64,000 nt of DNA from Bacteroidales bacterium (lineage in GTDB: Bacteria; Bacteroidota; Bacteroidia; Bacteroidales; UBA7960), in assembly GCA_007118495.1 (NCBI GenBank), contig SKRM01000017.1, positions 8,675 through 72,674 of the forward strand. The letters run 5' to 3'. The position numbers and the translations under genes were made by a program. Positions 45,606 to 55,093 of the stretch are shown here, piece by piece (within the stretch, counting starts at the first letter, position 1; every line of letters begins with the position of its first letter). The notes beneath the pieces were generated by a model, which saw only the letters and a program-made list of their open reading frames with translations, did no database searches and was not told where the DNA came from.

Positions 45606-46666
45606 TATTCATACCATCGTTCTTCAACGAGTCTTCCTGCCTGATCATAACTATAGGTTCTCCTCATATCTGTCCTACCCTGCTCGTCAAGCCATATCCA
45701 GTCTGTTTTCAGGCCCTGCTGGTCGAAAACGATCACATACCTGACCTCAATATCTCCGTCGGGTCCATACCAGGTATATTCATTCAGGCTGCCGTCATTA
45801 TCATAGCCATACTCCCTTGTCCAAAGATGGCGACCATATGTGTCATGCACTACTTCTTTGATCTGATTTCGCTGCTGATCGTAGGTAAATGAAAACTGAT
45901 AAGTCAGACGGTACCTGATTTCACGTGAAAAAAGCCTTCTGATGGTTTCATAGCGCCGCTCACCCGTTCGCAATCCATTGTCATCATATTGGTAAGTTCT
46001 GATCCAGGCAAGCCGTCCGCTTTCATCATACCATTTAACAGCTGTCCTGTTACCCATTTGATCATAATCATATACATACCTCCACTCAAGCCGTCCATTG
46101 TTCCCAACCAGATCTTGCATTACCAGGTTGCCGTTTTTATCATAGGTATATTCATACCTTTTCTCAAGCCACCCACGGCCATGAAACCATTCTTCTTTTA
46201 TTCTCTTACCCTGTTCATTAAATGTATAACGTCTTTCCCATTGCAAAACATGGCCAGGCTCCCAATACTGCCAGCTCACCCTGTTCATGTTCTTATCATA
46301 GGTATATATCTGCCTTGAAATATTATATCCTGAAGGGTCAAAGGTCGACTCCTTTAAAAGGTTCCCGGCCGTATCGTATAACATTTCTTTCCATTCTCTG
46401 ATTTGCCCACCGGGATATAACACCGTTTCTTTGACCTGAAAACCCCTGTCGTCGTATTCAAAAACGTGGATGGCCACACGACCCCCACCCCAGGCATACT
46501 CGGTGGTTTCAGTTTTTCGCCCCTTTTCGTCGTATATATGGGTTACCCGCCAGACATAAGAATCATCCTCAGGAAGCAAAAAGGGAATACCAGAACCCTC
46601 ACTTTCAGTAACTGAAAATGTAGCAAACAAAAATAAAGCCAGAAAAAAGTTAAAAAACCGGCCCAT
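45578..46666 (-). CDS. Small secreted YD/RHS-repeat protein, with no toxin or core domain
   Basis: 362 aa with a signal peptide (FFLALFLFATFSVTES). At least 8 YD-type repeats (YTYDKNGNLV, YVYDYDQMGNRT, YQYDDNGLRT, YGYDNDGSL, YSYDQAGRLV). Confidence 0.7.
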   Translation of the reverse strand: MGRFFNFFLALFLFATFSVTESEGSGIPFLLPEDDSYVWRVTHIYDEKGRKTETTEYAWGGGRVAIHVFEYDDRGFQVKETVLYPGGQIREWKEMLYDTAGNLLKESTFDPSGYNISRQIYTYDKNMNRVSWQYWEPGHVLQWERRYTFNEQGKRIKEEWFHGRGWLEKRYEYTYDKNGNLVMQDLVGNNGRLEWRYVYDYDQMGNRTAVKWYDESGRLAWIRTYQYDDNGLRTGERRYETIRRLFSREIRYRLTYQFSFTYDQQRNQIKEVVHDTYGRHLWTREYGYDNDGSLNEYTWYGPDGDIEVRYVIVFDQQGLKTDWIWLDEQGRTDMRRTYSYDQAGRLVEERWYEYEKERVGYR

Positions 46667-46716
46667 GACAAGCGATCTCTTTTACAAGGGAAATATAAAA
46701 AAAAAACTCCAAAGGA

Positions 46717-47385
46717 TCAACGAACCACCCGAAATGCACTGTTGAAAAGAGAAATAAATTCGGCCAGGATCATGGCAGTGGCTCCCCAGATGATATGTTC
46801 ACCGGTTTTATAGCAAGGAGTGTTTACAATCTCACCATCGGCAAGTTTAATAATACTCTCTGTCTTGTTATTCCCTGATAAAAAATCGCCCAGCTCAACT
46901 TCAATAATACAGGCCACCTCGATAGGGTCAGGACAAAAGACCGGCATCTTTGACAACAGCCCGGCAAAAGGGCTTACCAGATGGTTACTGGGGGGGATAT
47001 ACAGTTCTGACAGCTGACCTATAACTTCAACCTGATCTGGTGAAATTCCAATTTCCTCATGTGTTTCCCGAAGTGCTGTCTGCATCATATCCTCATCATC
47101 CGGGTCAAGCCTGCCGCCAGGAAATGAGATCTGCCCGCTATGCACTCCATCATACTTTGGCCGCTGTATGAAGACCGACTTGGCTGAACCCTCAACTCCG
47201 GGATATATGAGAATCATCACACTGCTTTTTACGGGTTCGTGGCCTTTGCCCATACCCCTGATTTGATCTTTGCGAATATCCGGTGCCATGGTCAGCTGCA
47301 CAGGTTGCCCTGGCAAAGTGATAAAATCAGCCCTCCTAAGTGCAGCTGAAACCTCATCGAAAGCAAGTTTATCGTATGAATGCAT
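46717..47385 (-). CDS. NUDIX hydrolase, CoA pyrophosphatase-like
   Basis: Nudix box GGRLDPDDEDMMQTALRETHEEIGI, preceded by the SFPGG motif typical of the CoAse subgroup. Confidence 0.8.
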   Translation of the reverse strand: MHSYDKLAFDEVSAALRRADFITLPGQPVQLTMAPDIRKDQIRGMGKGHEPVKSSVMILIYPGVEGSAKSVFIQRPKYDGVHSGQISFPGGRLDPDDEDMMQTALRETHEEIGISPDQVEVIGQLSELYIPPSNHLVSPFAGLLSKMPVFCPDPIEVACIIEVELGDFLSGNNKTESIIKLADGEIVNTPCYKTGEHIIWGATAMILAEFISLFNSAFRVVR

Positions 47386-47400
47386 ACCTTATTTCTTCAA

Positions 47401-48714
47401 TCAACTCCTTTCAAGAGCCTGTTTATATGCCTGCAAACACCTGTTGCGTGCAGCCGTGTGCTCAACCACCGGGGCCGGATAAGATGCAGTGTCCAACTCA
47501 GGCACCCACTGGCGCACAAAAGAAGAGTCAGGATCAAACTTTTCATGCTGGGCAGTGGGATTGAAAATCCTGAAATAGGGAGCAGAATCGCAACCTGTGC
47601 CGGCGCTCCACTGCCAACCACCATTATTTGACGACAACTCAAAATCAAACAGCTTCTCAGCAAAATATGCCTCTCCCAACCTCCAGTCAATAAGCAGGTG
47701 CTTGGTTAAAAAACTGGCTGTGACCATGCGTAACCGGTTGTGCATATAGGCTGTGGCATTTAGTTGCCGCATGCCCGCATCAACCATCGGATAGCCCGTG
47801 GTGCCATTTTTCCAGGCTTCAAAATCATCTTCATTGTTCAACCATTGGATGCGGTCATAGGCTGTTTTGAATGACTGGTTAACCACCCTGGGATAATGCC
47901 ACATGATCATGGCATAAAATTCTCTCCAAATTAATTCGTTTAGCCAAACCTGATTAAGGTTTTTGGCTTCGAGTACACACTGCCTGATCCCTATTGTCCC
48001 AAACCTCAGGTGCACGCCCAGCCTGGTGGTTGCATCCCTGTAGGGGAAGTCACGGTGATGATGGTATTGACTTATCTGCTCTCTGTTGAGCTTAAGCACA
48101 GGCGGTTTTAAGCCGGACAGAGTAATGCCCAATTGATCCCTCTCTTGAAATACAATGTCTTTTTGCCCGATCATGTTGTCCAAAAGGCTCTCTGAGTCAT
48201 ACGTTGTTAACTGACCCGAAGCAAACTTGTGTTTCCAGGCCTTGCTGTATGGTGTAAAAACCTGATAGGGGCTTCCATCTGATTTGAGAATATCGTCTTT
48301 GTCAAATATGAGGTGATCGAGAAAGGTTTCAAACCCTACCCCAAAATCTTGTAATAATGCTTTTATTTTGACGTCTCTTGATATCCCATAGGGCTCATGG
48401 TCCTTATTGCAATAAACCTTATGCACCCGGTAATCTGCAAGCATTTGACCGAACACATCCAGGGGCTTTCCTCTTTTTACAAGAAATCCCTTACCCATAT
48501 CCCGAAGCTCCTGGTAAAGGCCCGAAAGTGTATCATAGATGAAGCTTACCCGATGATCGTTTCGGGGTAGTTTATCAATGATATCATCGTCAAAAATGAA
48601 TAATGGCAGTACAGGTTTTTCGGCTGACAAGGCATGGAAAAGGCCTTTGTTGTCGTAGAACCTCAGGTCACGCCTGAACCAAAAAATATTTATCAGTTCT
48701 TTTGGTTTAGTCAT
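47401..48714 (-). CDS. Cryptochrome/photolyase family protein (deoxyribodipyrimidine photolyase-like)
   Basis: 437 aa. N-terminal FWFRRDLRFYDN, and an FAD domain with WREFY, TGYPMVDAGMRQL and WQWSAGTG. Confidence 0.9.
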   Translation of the reverse strand: MTKPKELINIFWFRRDLRFYDNKGLFHALSAEKPVLPLFIFDDDIIDKLPRNDHRVSFIYDTLSGLYQELRDMGKGFLVKRGKPLDVFGQMLADYRVHKVYCNKDHEPYGISRDVKIKALLQDFGVGFETFLDHLIFDKDDILKSDGSPYQVFTPYSKAWKHKFASGQLTTYDSESLLDNMIGQKDIVFQERDQLGITLSGLKPPVLKLNREQISQYHHHRDFPYRDATTRLGVHLRFGTIGIRQCVLEAKNLNQVWLNELIWREFYAMIMWHYPRVVNQSFKTAYDRIQWLNNEDDFEAWKNGTTGYPMVDAGMRQLNATAYMHNRLRMVTASFLTKHLLIDWRLGEAYFAEKLFDFELSSNNGGWQWSAGTGCDSAPYFRIFNPTAQHEKFDPDSSFVRQWVPELDTASYPAPVVEHTAARNRCLQAYKQALERS

Positions 48715-50026
48715 GATGCAATTGTATTAGAGGCAAATCCTCCTGTTTGTTATGACTGCTACGAAGAATCAGGAGGGTAATTTCGGGTGAAACACCAACC
48801 CGTCCGGGAAATGATAAAAAGCCAAAACCCCTGTTTACATAGATTTTTTGCTGGCCTTCTCTGTACAATCCCTGCCATTCAGCATAGATCCATGAGGCGG
48901 GGCTCCATTGCACAAAACGGTTGAGCATACCAAACTGCATCCCATGTGTATGACCGCTCAAGGTAAGCTGAACTGAGGTTTTCGGAATGACCTCCGCTCT
49001 CCAATGGCTGGGATCATGAGATAACAATAATTTAAACATTCCTGGTCTGATTTTATCGAGCGCCTCGCCTAAATCACCTTCCTGCGAAAATGGAGGAAGT
49101 CCCCAATTATCGACGCCTGCCACAACAATTGAATCTGACCCGCGATGCACAATATGGCTGGCATTTCTTAGTAATGTAAAACCGGTTTGTTTATAAAAAA
49201 TTTCCAACTCACCCAGGCAGTGCTTCTGTTCCTCAATGGTAGCCCACCGTCTGTAATCACCCATGTCATGGTTGCCCAATACCGAAAACTTACCATCCCT
49301 TGCCCTTAACCCATAAAATAATTGCACATACGGTACAGTCTCATTTATGTGATTATTAATCAAGTCGCCCGTAAACATGATGGCATCAGCATCCAGCTCA
49401 TTGATCAGTCCAAGACCCTTTTCTACATGTTCAGGGTTTGCAAAGCTGCCCAGGTGGGTATCTGAAAAATGCACAATGCGGTACCCATCAAAAGAATGGG
49501 GCAGGTCATTGAACCACAATTCATGTTTAACCACCTCAAACTGATGACGGCCAATGAATATACCGTGAAGAACCAATACAAATATTAACAAAGCCACTAC
49601 CAATCCCACCCTGAGTATCCATCTTGATTTTCGGCATACTAGAATGGCTTTTGAAATTCCCTGGGGCCGGGTGATAACACCGCTTGTAATAACTGCCAGG
49701 AGGTTTTTAAGCTGATGCAACACGTAAAAACTGGCAAAAACCGCTTTGGAAATGTAGATGGGGACAAATACACCAGCAATATAAAAGTGTTTGCGATACA
49801 GTTCATGAACAGGCATGTCAGCTGATCTGATCAAAACAAGCCAGATAATTGAAAACACGACAAATAATAGATCTGCTCCCCAGTAAACCAGTCTTGAAAA
49901 ATGGATAGCCCGTTTTTTTTTGGGGAAAAGTATTTTCAGACCAAAAAAACCGGCAGCATTAACCAAAAGAAGAAAAACTACCAAATAGATTATTGTACCC
50001 AGCATGCATGCAGAAAATAAATCCAA
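48707..50026 (-). CDS. Membrane-anchored metallophosphoesterase
   Basis: N-terminal TM helices, then the calcineurin-like motifs HFSDTHLG, FTGDLIN, GNHD and LSGHTHG. Confidence 0.85.
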   Translation of the reverse strand: MDLFSACMLGTIIYLVVFLLLVNAAGFFGLKILFPKKKRAIHFSRLVYWGADLLFVVFSIIWLVLIRSADMPVHELYRKHFYIAGVFVPIYISKAVFASFYVLHQLKNLLAVITSGVITRPQGISKAILVCRKSRWILRVGLVVALLIFVLVLHGIFIGRHQFEVVKHELWFNDLPHSFDGYRIVHFSDTHLGSFANPEHVEKGLGLINELDADAIMFTGDLINNHINETVPYVQLFYGLRARDGKFSVLGNHDMGDYRRWATIEEQKHCLGELEIFYKQTGFTLLRNASHIVHRGSDSIVVAGVDNWGLPPFSQEGDLGEALDKIRPGMFKLLLSHDPSHWRAEVIPKTSVQLTLSGHTHGMQFGMLNRFVQWSPASWIYAEWQGLYREGQQKIYVNRGFGFLSFPGRVGVSPEITLLILRSSHNKQEDLPLIQLHHD

Positions 50027-50115
50027 CAGAATTCTCTTACGAAGGTAAAGAAGAATTAAATTTGTACCTCAGTATTTTAACCTCGATTGTATCTCAATGT
50101 TCAAATTTTCAAGGC

Positions 50116-51705
50116 ATGGCTGAACTGATTTTTGAAGGTTATTTTGCACTGTTTCTCATCATTACCCTTGGCATCATGCTTGGCAGCGTCAAGTTCAGGG
50201 GTTTCTCCCTCGATCTTTCGGCCGTGGTTTTTGTTGCCCTGATCATGGGACATTATGGCATCATGGTTCCCCAGGCCTTTCAAACCATTGGCCTGATGTT
50301 CTTTATTTTCACAGTTGGGATACAGGCGGGGCCTGGTTTTTTTGATGCATTTAAGAAGACAGGGCGGCAATTTCTGGGTATATGTTTTTTGCTGGTATCA
50401 ACAGCAGCGCTTTTAAGCTATGGACTGGGAAGGCTCTTCGGTTTGGATCCACACCTTGGCGTCGGAATATTTAACGGTGCCCTCACAAGCACTTCAGGGC
50501 TTGCTGCTGCCATCGATATTTCAGGATCTACTCTGCCGTCAATAGGTTATGGGGTGGTTTACCCCGCCGGGGCTGTATTTGCCATTCTCATCATTCATCT
50601 GCTCCCAGTGGTACTTAGGGTCGATATGAAGAATGAGGAAAAGAAATATCTTGATAAGGCCCACGAAGATTTCCCTGAAGTATTTGAACGCAATTTTGTG
50701 GTAGAGAACAAAAACATCCATGGAAAGACCATCAAGGAACTGGCTGTTGGGACTATGACCATGGCTGTGATCAGCCGTATCAGGCATGGGTCAGAGGTTT
50801 TTACTCCCGGCGCAGATACCCGGCTGCATTTGGGTGATATTGTTAAGTTTGCCGGAACAGAGCAGGCGCTTGAAAAGGTAGAACTGATGATAGGCCCAGA
50901 AACCCACGAACAAGTTCCACAAGCCGCGGGCTACAAGGTAAACTGGCTCCTGGTTACGAACAAGCAAGTGGTCAATAAAAGTCTGAACGCCCTGAACCTG
51001 ACAGCATACTACAATGCCACCATCACCCGTATTCGCCGAAGCGGTATTGATATTTCTCCAAGAGGCACCACCACCCTGCGCTTTGGCGACAAGGTATTGC
51101 TTGCATGCGATGAAGAAAACATGAAAAAGGTGATGAAGTTGCTGGGAAACAATGAGAAACGCCTGAGTGAAACCAATTTTCTGCCCATCAGTCTGGGCAT
51201 TATCATTGGCGTGCTGCTGGGGGCCATTACCTTTCCGTTTTTCGGTTTATTCGAGTTCTCACTCGGAATTACCGGTGGCGTTCTGACCTCAGCCCTGATA
51301 CTCAGTAAAATTGGAAAAACCGGACCGGTTATATGGACCATGTCAGGTGGAGGAAACAACCTGCTTCGCAAACTGGGCTTACTTATGTTCCTGGCCACAG
51401 TTGGCACCCATGCGGGAGCCCATATTGCTGAAGCCCTGGCTGAATACGGATGGACATTGATCTGGACAGGAATCATGATCACCAGCATCCCTATGATACT
51501 AACAACCATCATTGGCCATTATGTACTGAAGATTAATTTTGCCACCTTGCTGGGGGTTGTGGCCGGAAGCATGACCAGCACCCCGGGGCTTGCTGCGGCA
51601 GACTCAAAAACCGAATCTGATGCAGCTTCAGTGGGCTATGCCACCGTGTATCCCCTGGCGCTGGTCCTGATGATCGTGTTCTCTCAAATACTTAGTGTGA
51701 TCTGA
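50116..51705 (+). CDS. AspT/YidE/YbjL-family transporter with two central RCK_C (TrkA_C) domains
   Basis: The start is moved to MAELIFEGYFALFLIITLGIMLG. Duplicated membrane domains flank HGKTIKEL...GDIVKFAG and a second RCK_C-like repeat. Confidence 0.8.
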   Translation: MAELIFEGYFALFLIITLGIMLGSVKFRGFSLDLSAVVFVALIMGHYGIMVPQAFQTIGLMFFIFTVGIQAGPGFFDAFKKTGRQFLGICFLLVSTAALLSYGLGRLFGLDPHLGVGIFNGALTSTSGLAAAIDISGSTLPSIGYGVVYPAGAVFAILIIHLLPVVLRVDMKNEEKKYLDKAHEDFPEVFERNFVVENKNIHGKTIKELAVGTMTMAVISRIRHGSEVFTPGADTRLHLGDIVKFAGTEQALEKVELMIGPETHEQVPQAAGYKVNWLLVTNKQVVNKSLNALNLTAYYNATITRIRRSGIDISPRGTTTLRFGDKVLLACDEENMKKVMKLLGNNEKRLSETNFLPISLGIIIGVLLGAITFPFFGLFEFSLGITGGVLTSALILSKIGKTGPVIWTMSGGGNNLLRKLGLLMFLATVGTHAGAHIAEALAEYGWTLIWTGIMITSIPMILTTIIGHYVLKINFATLLGVVAGSMTSTPGLAAADSKTESDAASVGYATVYPLALVLMIVFSQILSVI

Positions 51706-51711
51706 ATGCCA

Positions 51712-52992
51712 CTAATTTAAACGAAAACGGATTGGCATATTAAACCTGACGCTGACCGGCTCGCCACGTTGCATACCCGGCTCCCAGCGTGGCATTAGGT
51801 TTATAACCCTTACAGCTTCTTCATCCAGTTCAGGAGTCACACCCCTAAGCACCCTCACATCGGTGATATTACCGTCATACCTCACAACGAAGGTGACATA
51901 TATGGTTCCCTGAGCTCCTTCCATCATGGCTTCATAAGGATACCTCAGTTCATCCTGCAGAAATTCCTGCCTGGCCTGCTCACCTCCGGGAAAAGCCGGC
52001 TGTTTTTCAGTCACTGTAAAGACAACATCATGACTGTAGTCGATAGCTGCTGCGGCGGCTTCCATTTCTTCCTGCAAAGCATCGGCTGCATGCTGCTCGC
52101 TGCACGACTGCACAAAAAATGCAAGTGTGAACATGGGAATAATTGCCAGCATGCTTAATAAGGCCTTTTTCGCAAAGCCTTTGTTGGTTTTGTTCATCAT
52201 CATAAAACGTTTTTTTAAAGGTGGATAATTAAATGGTGTTGTTATGGGGATATGTATCCCATGCATTGAAATTTGCAGCAGAAGTTTCTGGTAGGCAGCC
52301 TTATCGTGTGTCTTATCTATCACCATCAGGTCAGCTTCAAACTCATGTTGCATTTTTAATTCTCTTCTGAATAGCCATACGGCAGGGTGAAACCAGAAAA
52401 CCACAGTCATGCACTCTACCAGCAAAAGATCTATAGAATGCCATTTTCTGATATGGGCACGTTCATGTTCTATGACTTCACTTAGCTGTGGATGCTCCAG
52501 CATCTTGATGGGCAGAAACACATATTTAAAGAAAGAGAAAGGCGAAATCTGTCCACTGACCGGTAAGACGGTCACACCCATCATTGACATCCTTTTGCTA
52601 TAACGAATCCTGGCCAAAAGGTACACCAGACTTCCCACAACCCTTAAAAAAAGCAGTCCGGTAACCAGTAACACCCCAAAGAACAATAGTTGTTTTGTGC
52701 CAAGGGTTTCAAGAATACCTTTCCCTGCCTGGTCGAGATTTGCATGGGCACCGGTGCTCATGTGCACCACAACTTCAGGCAGCCACAACGCCTGAGTTGC
52801 AGCCGTACTCATGATTGCAGGTGCAGACCACATGCCAAATGCACTAACTACACAAGATAACAGCAGGGCAAATAAAATAAAAAATCTGTTTTGCGCCGGA
52901 TTTCCCAAAGGCCTTACAAGGAAATGATATACAAGACCCGAAACAGCAAGGTACAGTGAAGTCCAAAATATATACATACCAAAAGGTTCCAT
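51712..52992 (-). CDS. BlaR1-like M56 membrane metallopeptidase fused to a C-terminal TonB_C domain
   Basis: HExxH in VIEHERAHIRKWHSIDLL, with several TM helices. The C-terminus (PAFPGGEQARQEFLQDELRYP...GTIYVTFVVRYDGNITDVRVLRG...RWEPG) is TonB-C-like. No penicillin-binding sensor domain. Confidence 0.8.
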   Translation of the reverse strand: MEPFGMYIFWTSLYLAVSGLVYHFLVRPLGNPAQNRFFILFALLLSCVVSAFGMWSAPAIMSTAATQALWLPEVVVHMSTGAHANLDQAGKGILETLGTKQLLFFGVLLVTGLLFLRVVGSLVYLLARIRYSKRMSMMGVTVLPVSGQISPFSFFKYVFLPIKMLEHPQLSEVIEHERAHIRKWHSIDLLLVECMTVVFWFHPAVWLFRRELKMQHEFEADLMVIDKTHDKAAYQKLLLQISMHGIHIPITTPFNYPPLKKRFMMMNKTNKGFAKKALLSMLAIIPMFTLAFFVQSCSEQHAADALQEEMEAAAAAIDYSHDVVFTVTEKQPAFPGGEQARQEFLQDELRYPYEAMMEGAQGTIYVTFVVRYDGNITDVRVLRGVTPELDEEAVRVINLMPRWEPGMQRGEPVSVRFNMPIRFRLN

Positions 52993-53032
52993 AAGCTGTA
53001 TGTTTTTGATTATGATTGCTGTTTGTTAATAA

Positions 53033-53407
53033 TTATTTCTGTTTTTGATTGATTTCATCATCAATGATGCGTTTAAGCTCTTCAAGCTCCGAAATAGTCA
53101 TGCCACGCTCATGTGAAAAAAATGACACCATCTGCCGAAGCGAATTGCCAAAATACTTTAGCATGATGCTTTTCATCATAACCCTTGTATAGGTAGACTT
53201 TTCGACCAGTGGAAAATATTCGTGGGCTTTGCCATAGGCCTTGTGGCCAATAAAACCCTTTTCTTCCAAAATGCGGACAATGGTCGAAACGGTGGTATAG
53301 GCAGGCTTGGGTTCACGGAAACGCTCAAGGATATCCTTGACAAATCCGGATTTGATATCCCAGAGAATTTGCATCACCTGCTCTTCAGCTTTTGTGAGTT
53401 CTTTCAT
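53033..53407 (-). CDS. BlaI/MecI/CopY family transcriptional repressor
   Basis: 124 aa. LTKAEEQVMQILW...YTTVSTIVRILEEKGFI winged helix. Confidence 0.88.
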   Translation of the reverse strand: MKELTKAEEQVMQILWDIKSGFVKDILERFREPKPAYTTVSTIVRILEEKGFIGHKAYGKAHEYFPLVEKSTYTRVMMKSIMLKYFGNSLRQMVSFFSHERGMTISELEELKRIIDDEINQKQK

Positions 53408-53438
53408 GTTTTCCAGCTTTATATTCTTAAAACATCAT

Positions 53439-54971
53439 CTAATTTAAATCAAGCAACAAATCAATGGCTTGCAGTGTCTGAGGTGTCATGGGTGTAAGAG
53501 AAAACCCCCTGTGCACAATAAAACCATTCTTGTCAGCAAGCATATAATATGGGTGCCCGCCTATCTGCAGCTCTTTGTACAGGCTTTGAGTATGTTCACG
53601 GGTTGCATACAGGTGATAGGCGTCCAGATTAGCCTCATCAACGAGAGCCGCCCATTGTTCTTCACTGCTGCCCATGCAGATAAAGATAAAAACAATATCC
53701 TGGTCATGATAGGCATTGATCATTTCATTCGCCTTGGGAAATAAGGCAATACAGGGGGCACACCATGTTGTCCAGAAGTCCATATATATTACCTTTCCCT
53801 CATGTGCACTGAAGATGGAATCAAGCATTTGGTGTGCGAGTGTGCCTCGCATCCCTTGCATCAATTCTTTATGCCTGATATGTGGGTTATCCAAATGATC
53901 CCTTACATCACGGTAATGACCGAGCAACGGGCCCTGAATTCGCATGTCAGTTATCAGACGGCTAAAAAGCCCGGGGTTTTGTTCATAAAAACCAACCCGG
54001 TATTGTGAAAAATCTCTGTAATAAATATAAGCCGTTAGCATTTGCCTGAACAAATCGCTGTTGACACTGGCTTCAATGGATTCAATCATCTGTTGGTTAA
54101 ACGCCTCCGGCTGCAAATCATCCCTTGCGGGTAGTGTAGCTGACAATCCGGCCAGGAAGGTGTTCATCAAACCATAAACACCACTATGCATTTGATCAGT
54201 TCTGAATAAAGACTCCATCTCTGCAAATATGCCATGGTGGGTTTCAGGCAAACCCCAGTGGGCTTCACGGTGCATATCCCGGGCTATGAGCCATTGAAAT
54301 ACTGCCATATAATACCTGATCTTTAAATGGTCAGAAATCCATTGCTGCACTTCGCGGCCCGGATTCCTTGTTGCTCTGTACTCAGCATACTTCAACTGCA
54401 TTTTATCATAAATGCTGTCACAGAAATGGAGATACGCATCCAACCCGATATCCCTGCCTGCATGCTGATAATAGTCAACCAGGTAATAGCTATTTACATA
54501 AGCATGATAATCTTCATTTTGTCTGGAAAAATCTCCGGCAAATATAATATCCGACAGGCGTTCAAAGTCCAGCTCAATATGGATACTGTCTCCCGGCCTT
54601 GCCAATACATGCCTGACAATGGGCAAAACACTAATATCCTGTGTATGATACAAGTCAAACTCAATATGGAAACTTCCATCGGGCCCAATGGAGTCGACAT
54701 AAACTTTGTGGTTTCCCCTGAAGTCTTTAACCTGAACCCTCATGGTGGCGTAATCAGGATATACATCCATGTTGGCCACAATGCCCGAGATCACAGTCCT
54801 GGTCTCTGCAGGATAATCGCTATCCCTTTGAGTGCACGACGCAGGTATTAGCAACAACAGGGCAGCCAGGCTAACCAACATGCCAGTTCGGGCCAAAAAC
54901 ACTTTAAAGACATCAATAGATAACACCTGCATCACCATAGGATAAGGATTAGACCATGATTGTTGGATCAA
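53439..54971 (-). CDS. Lipoprotein with C-terminal TlpA-like thioredoxin-fold domain
   Basis: Lipobox LLLLIPASC (the true start may be an internal Met). A ~370-aa N-terminal domain of unknown function, then DFWTTWCAPC (CxxC) and a thioredoxin fold. Confidence 0.7.
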   Translation of the reverse strand: MIQQSWSNPYPMVMQVLSIDVFKVFLARTGMLVSLAALLLLIPASCTQRDSDYPAETRTVISGIVANMDVYPDYATMRVQVKDFRGNHKVYVDSIGPDGSFHIEFDLYHTQDISVLPIVRHVLARPGDSIHIELDFERLSDIIFAGDFSRQNEDYHAYVNSYYLVDYYQHAGRDIGLDAYLHFCDSIYDKMQLKYAEYRATRNPGREVQQWISDHLKIRYYMAVFQWLIARDMHREAHWGLPETHHGIFAEMESLFRTDQMHSGVYGLMNTFLAGLSATLPARDDLQPEAFNQQMIESIEASVNSDLFRQMLTAYIYYRDFSQYRVGFYEQNPGLFSRLITDMRIQGPLLGHYRDVRDHLDNPHIRHKELMQGMRGTLAHQMLDSIFSAHEGKVIYMDFWTTWCAPCIALFPKANEMINAYHDQDIVFIFICMGSSEEQWAALVDEANLDAYHLYATREHTQSLYKELQIGGHPYYMLADKNGFIVHRGFSLTPMTPQTLQAIDLLLDLN

Positions 54972-54975
54972 ACTT

Positions 54976-55013
54976 ATAACTATTATTTTAGTTATACAAC
55001 TATTTTATTAGTT
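54976..55013. promoter_or_regulatory. AT-rich palindrome ATAACTA-N6-TAGTTAT plus a near-repeat of its right part; candidate operator in front of the TlpA-like/BlaI/BlaR1 gene string
   Basis: Inverted repeat at 54976-54995. ACTATTATTTTAGTT (54979-54993) recurs as ACTATTTTATTAGTT (54999-55013). It starts 5 nt upstream of the ATG at 54971. Confidence 0.3.
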
Positions 55014-55093
55014 TTTTTTAAAAATAACATACCAAAAACTTTGCCACAAATACATGCCCACTTAGCCAAAAACACTATTTTTGATCCAACAAA

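Noticed and set aside
53022-53034. TTTGTTAATAATT, identical to the first 13 nt of the direct repeat at 15084, between the blaI-like and blaR1-like genes
   Set aside because: Only one repeat unit is present (the second is ATTATTTCT), and it sits in a 40-nt intra-operon gap. This is most likely a chance match in AT-rich DNA.
23494-54851. Other long shadow ORFs: 23494-23949(+), 34067-34558(-), 35532-36122(+), 40621-41046(+), 51009-51512(-), 54327-54851(+)
   Set aside because: Each is embedded antisense in a gene with strong family motifs (S46, CAP, E1 dehydrogenase, 7TMR-HD, AspT-like, TlpA-like). None has a signal sequence, a motif or upstream regulatory space of its own.
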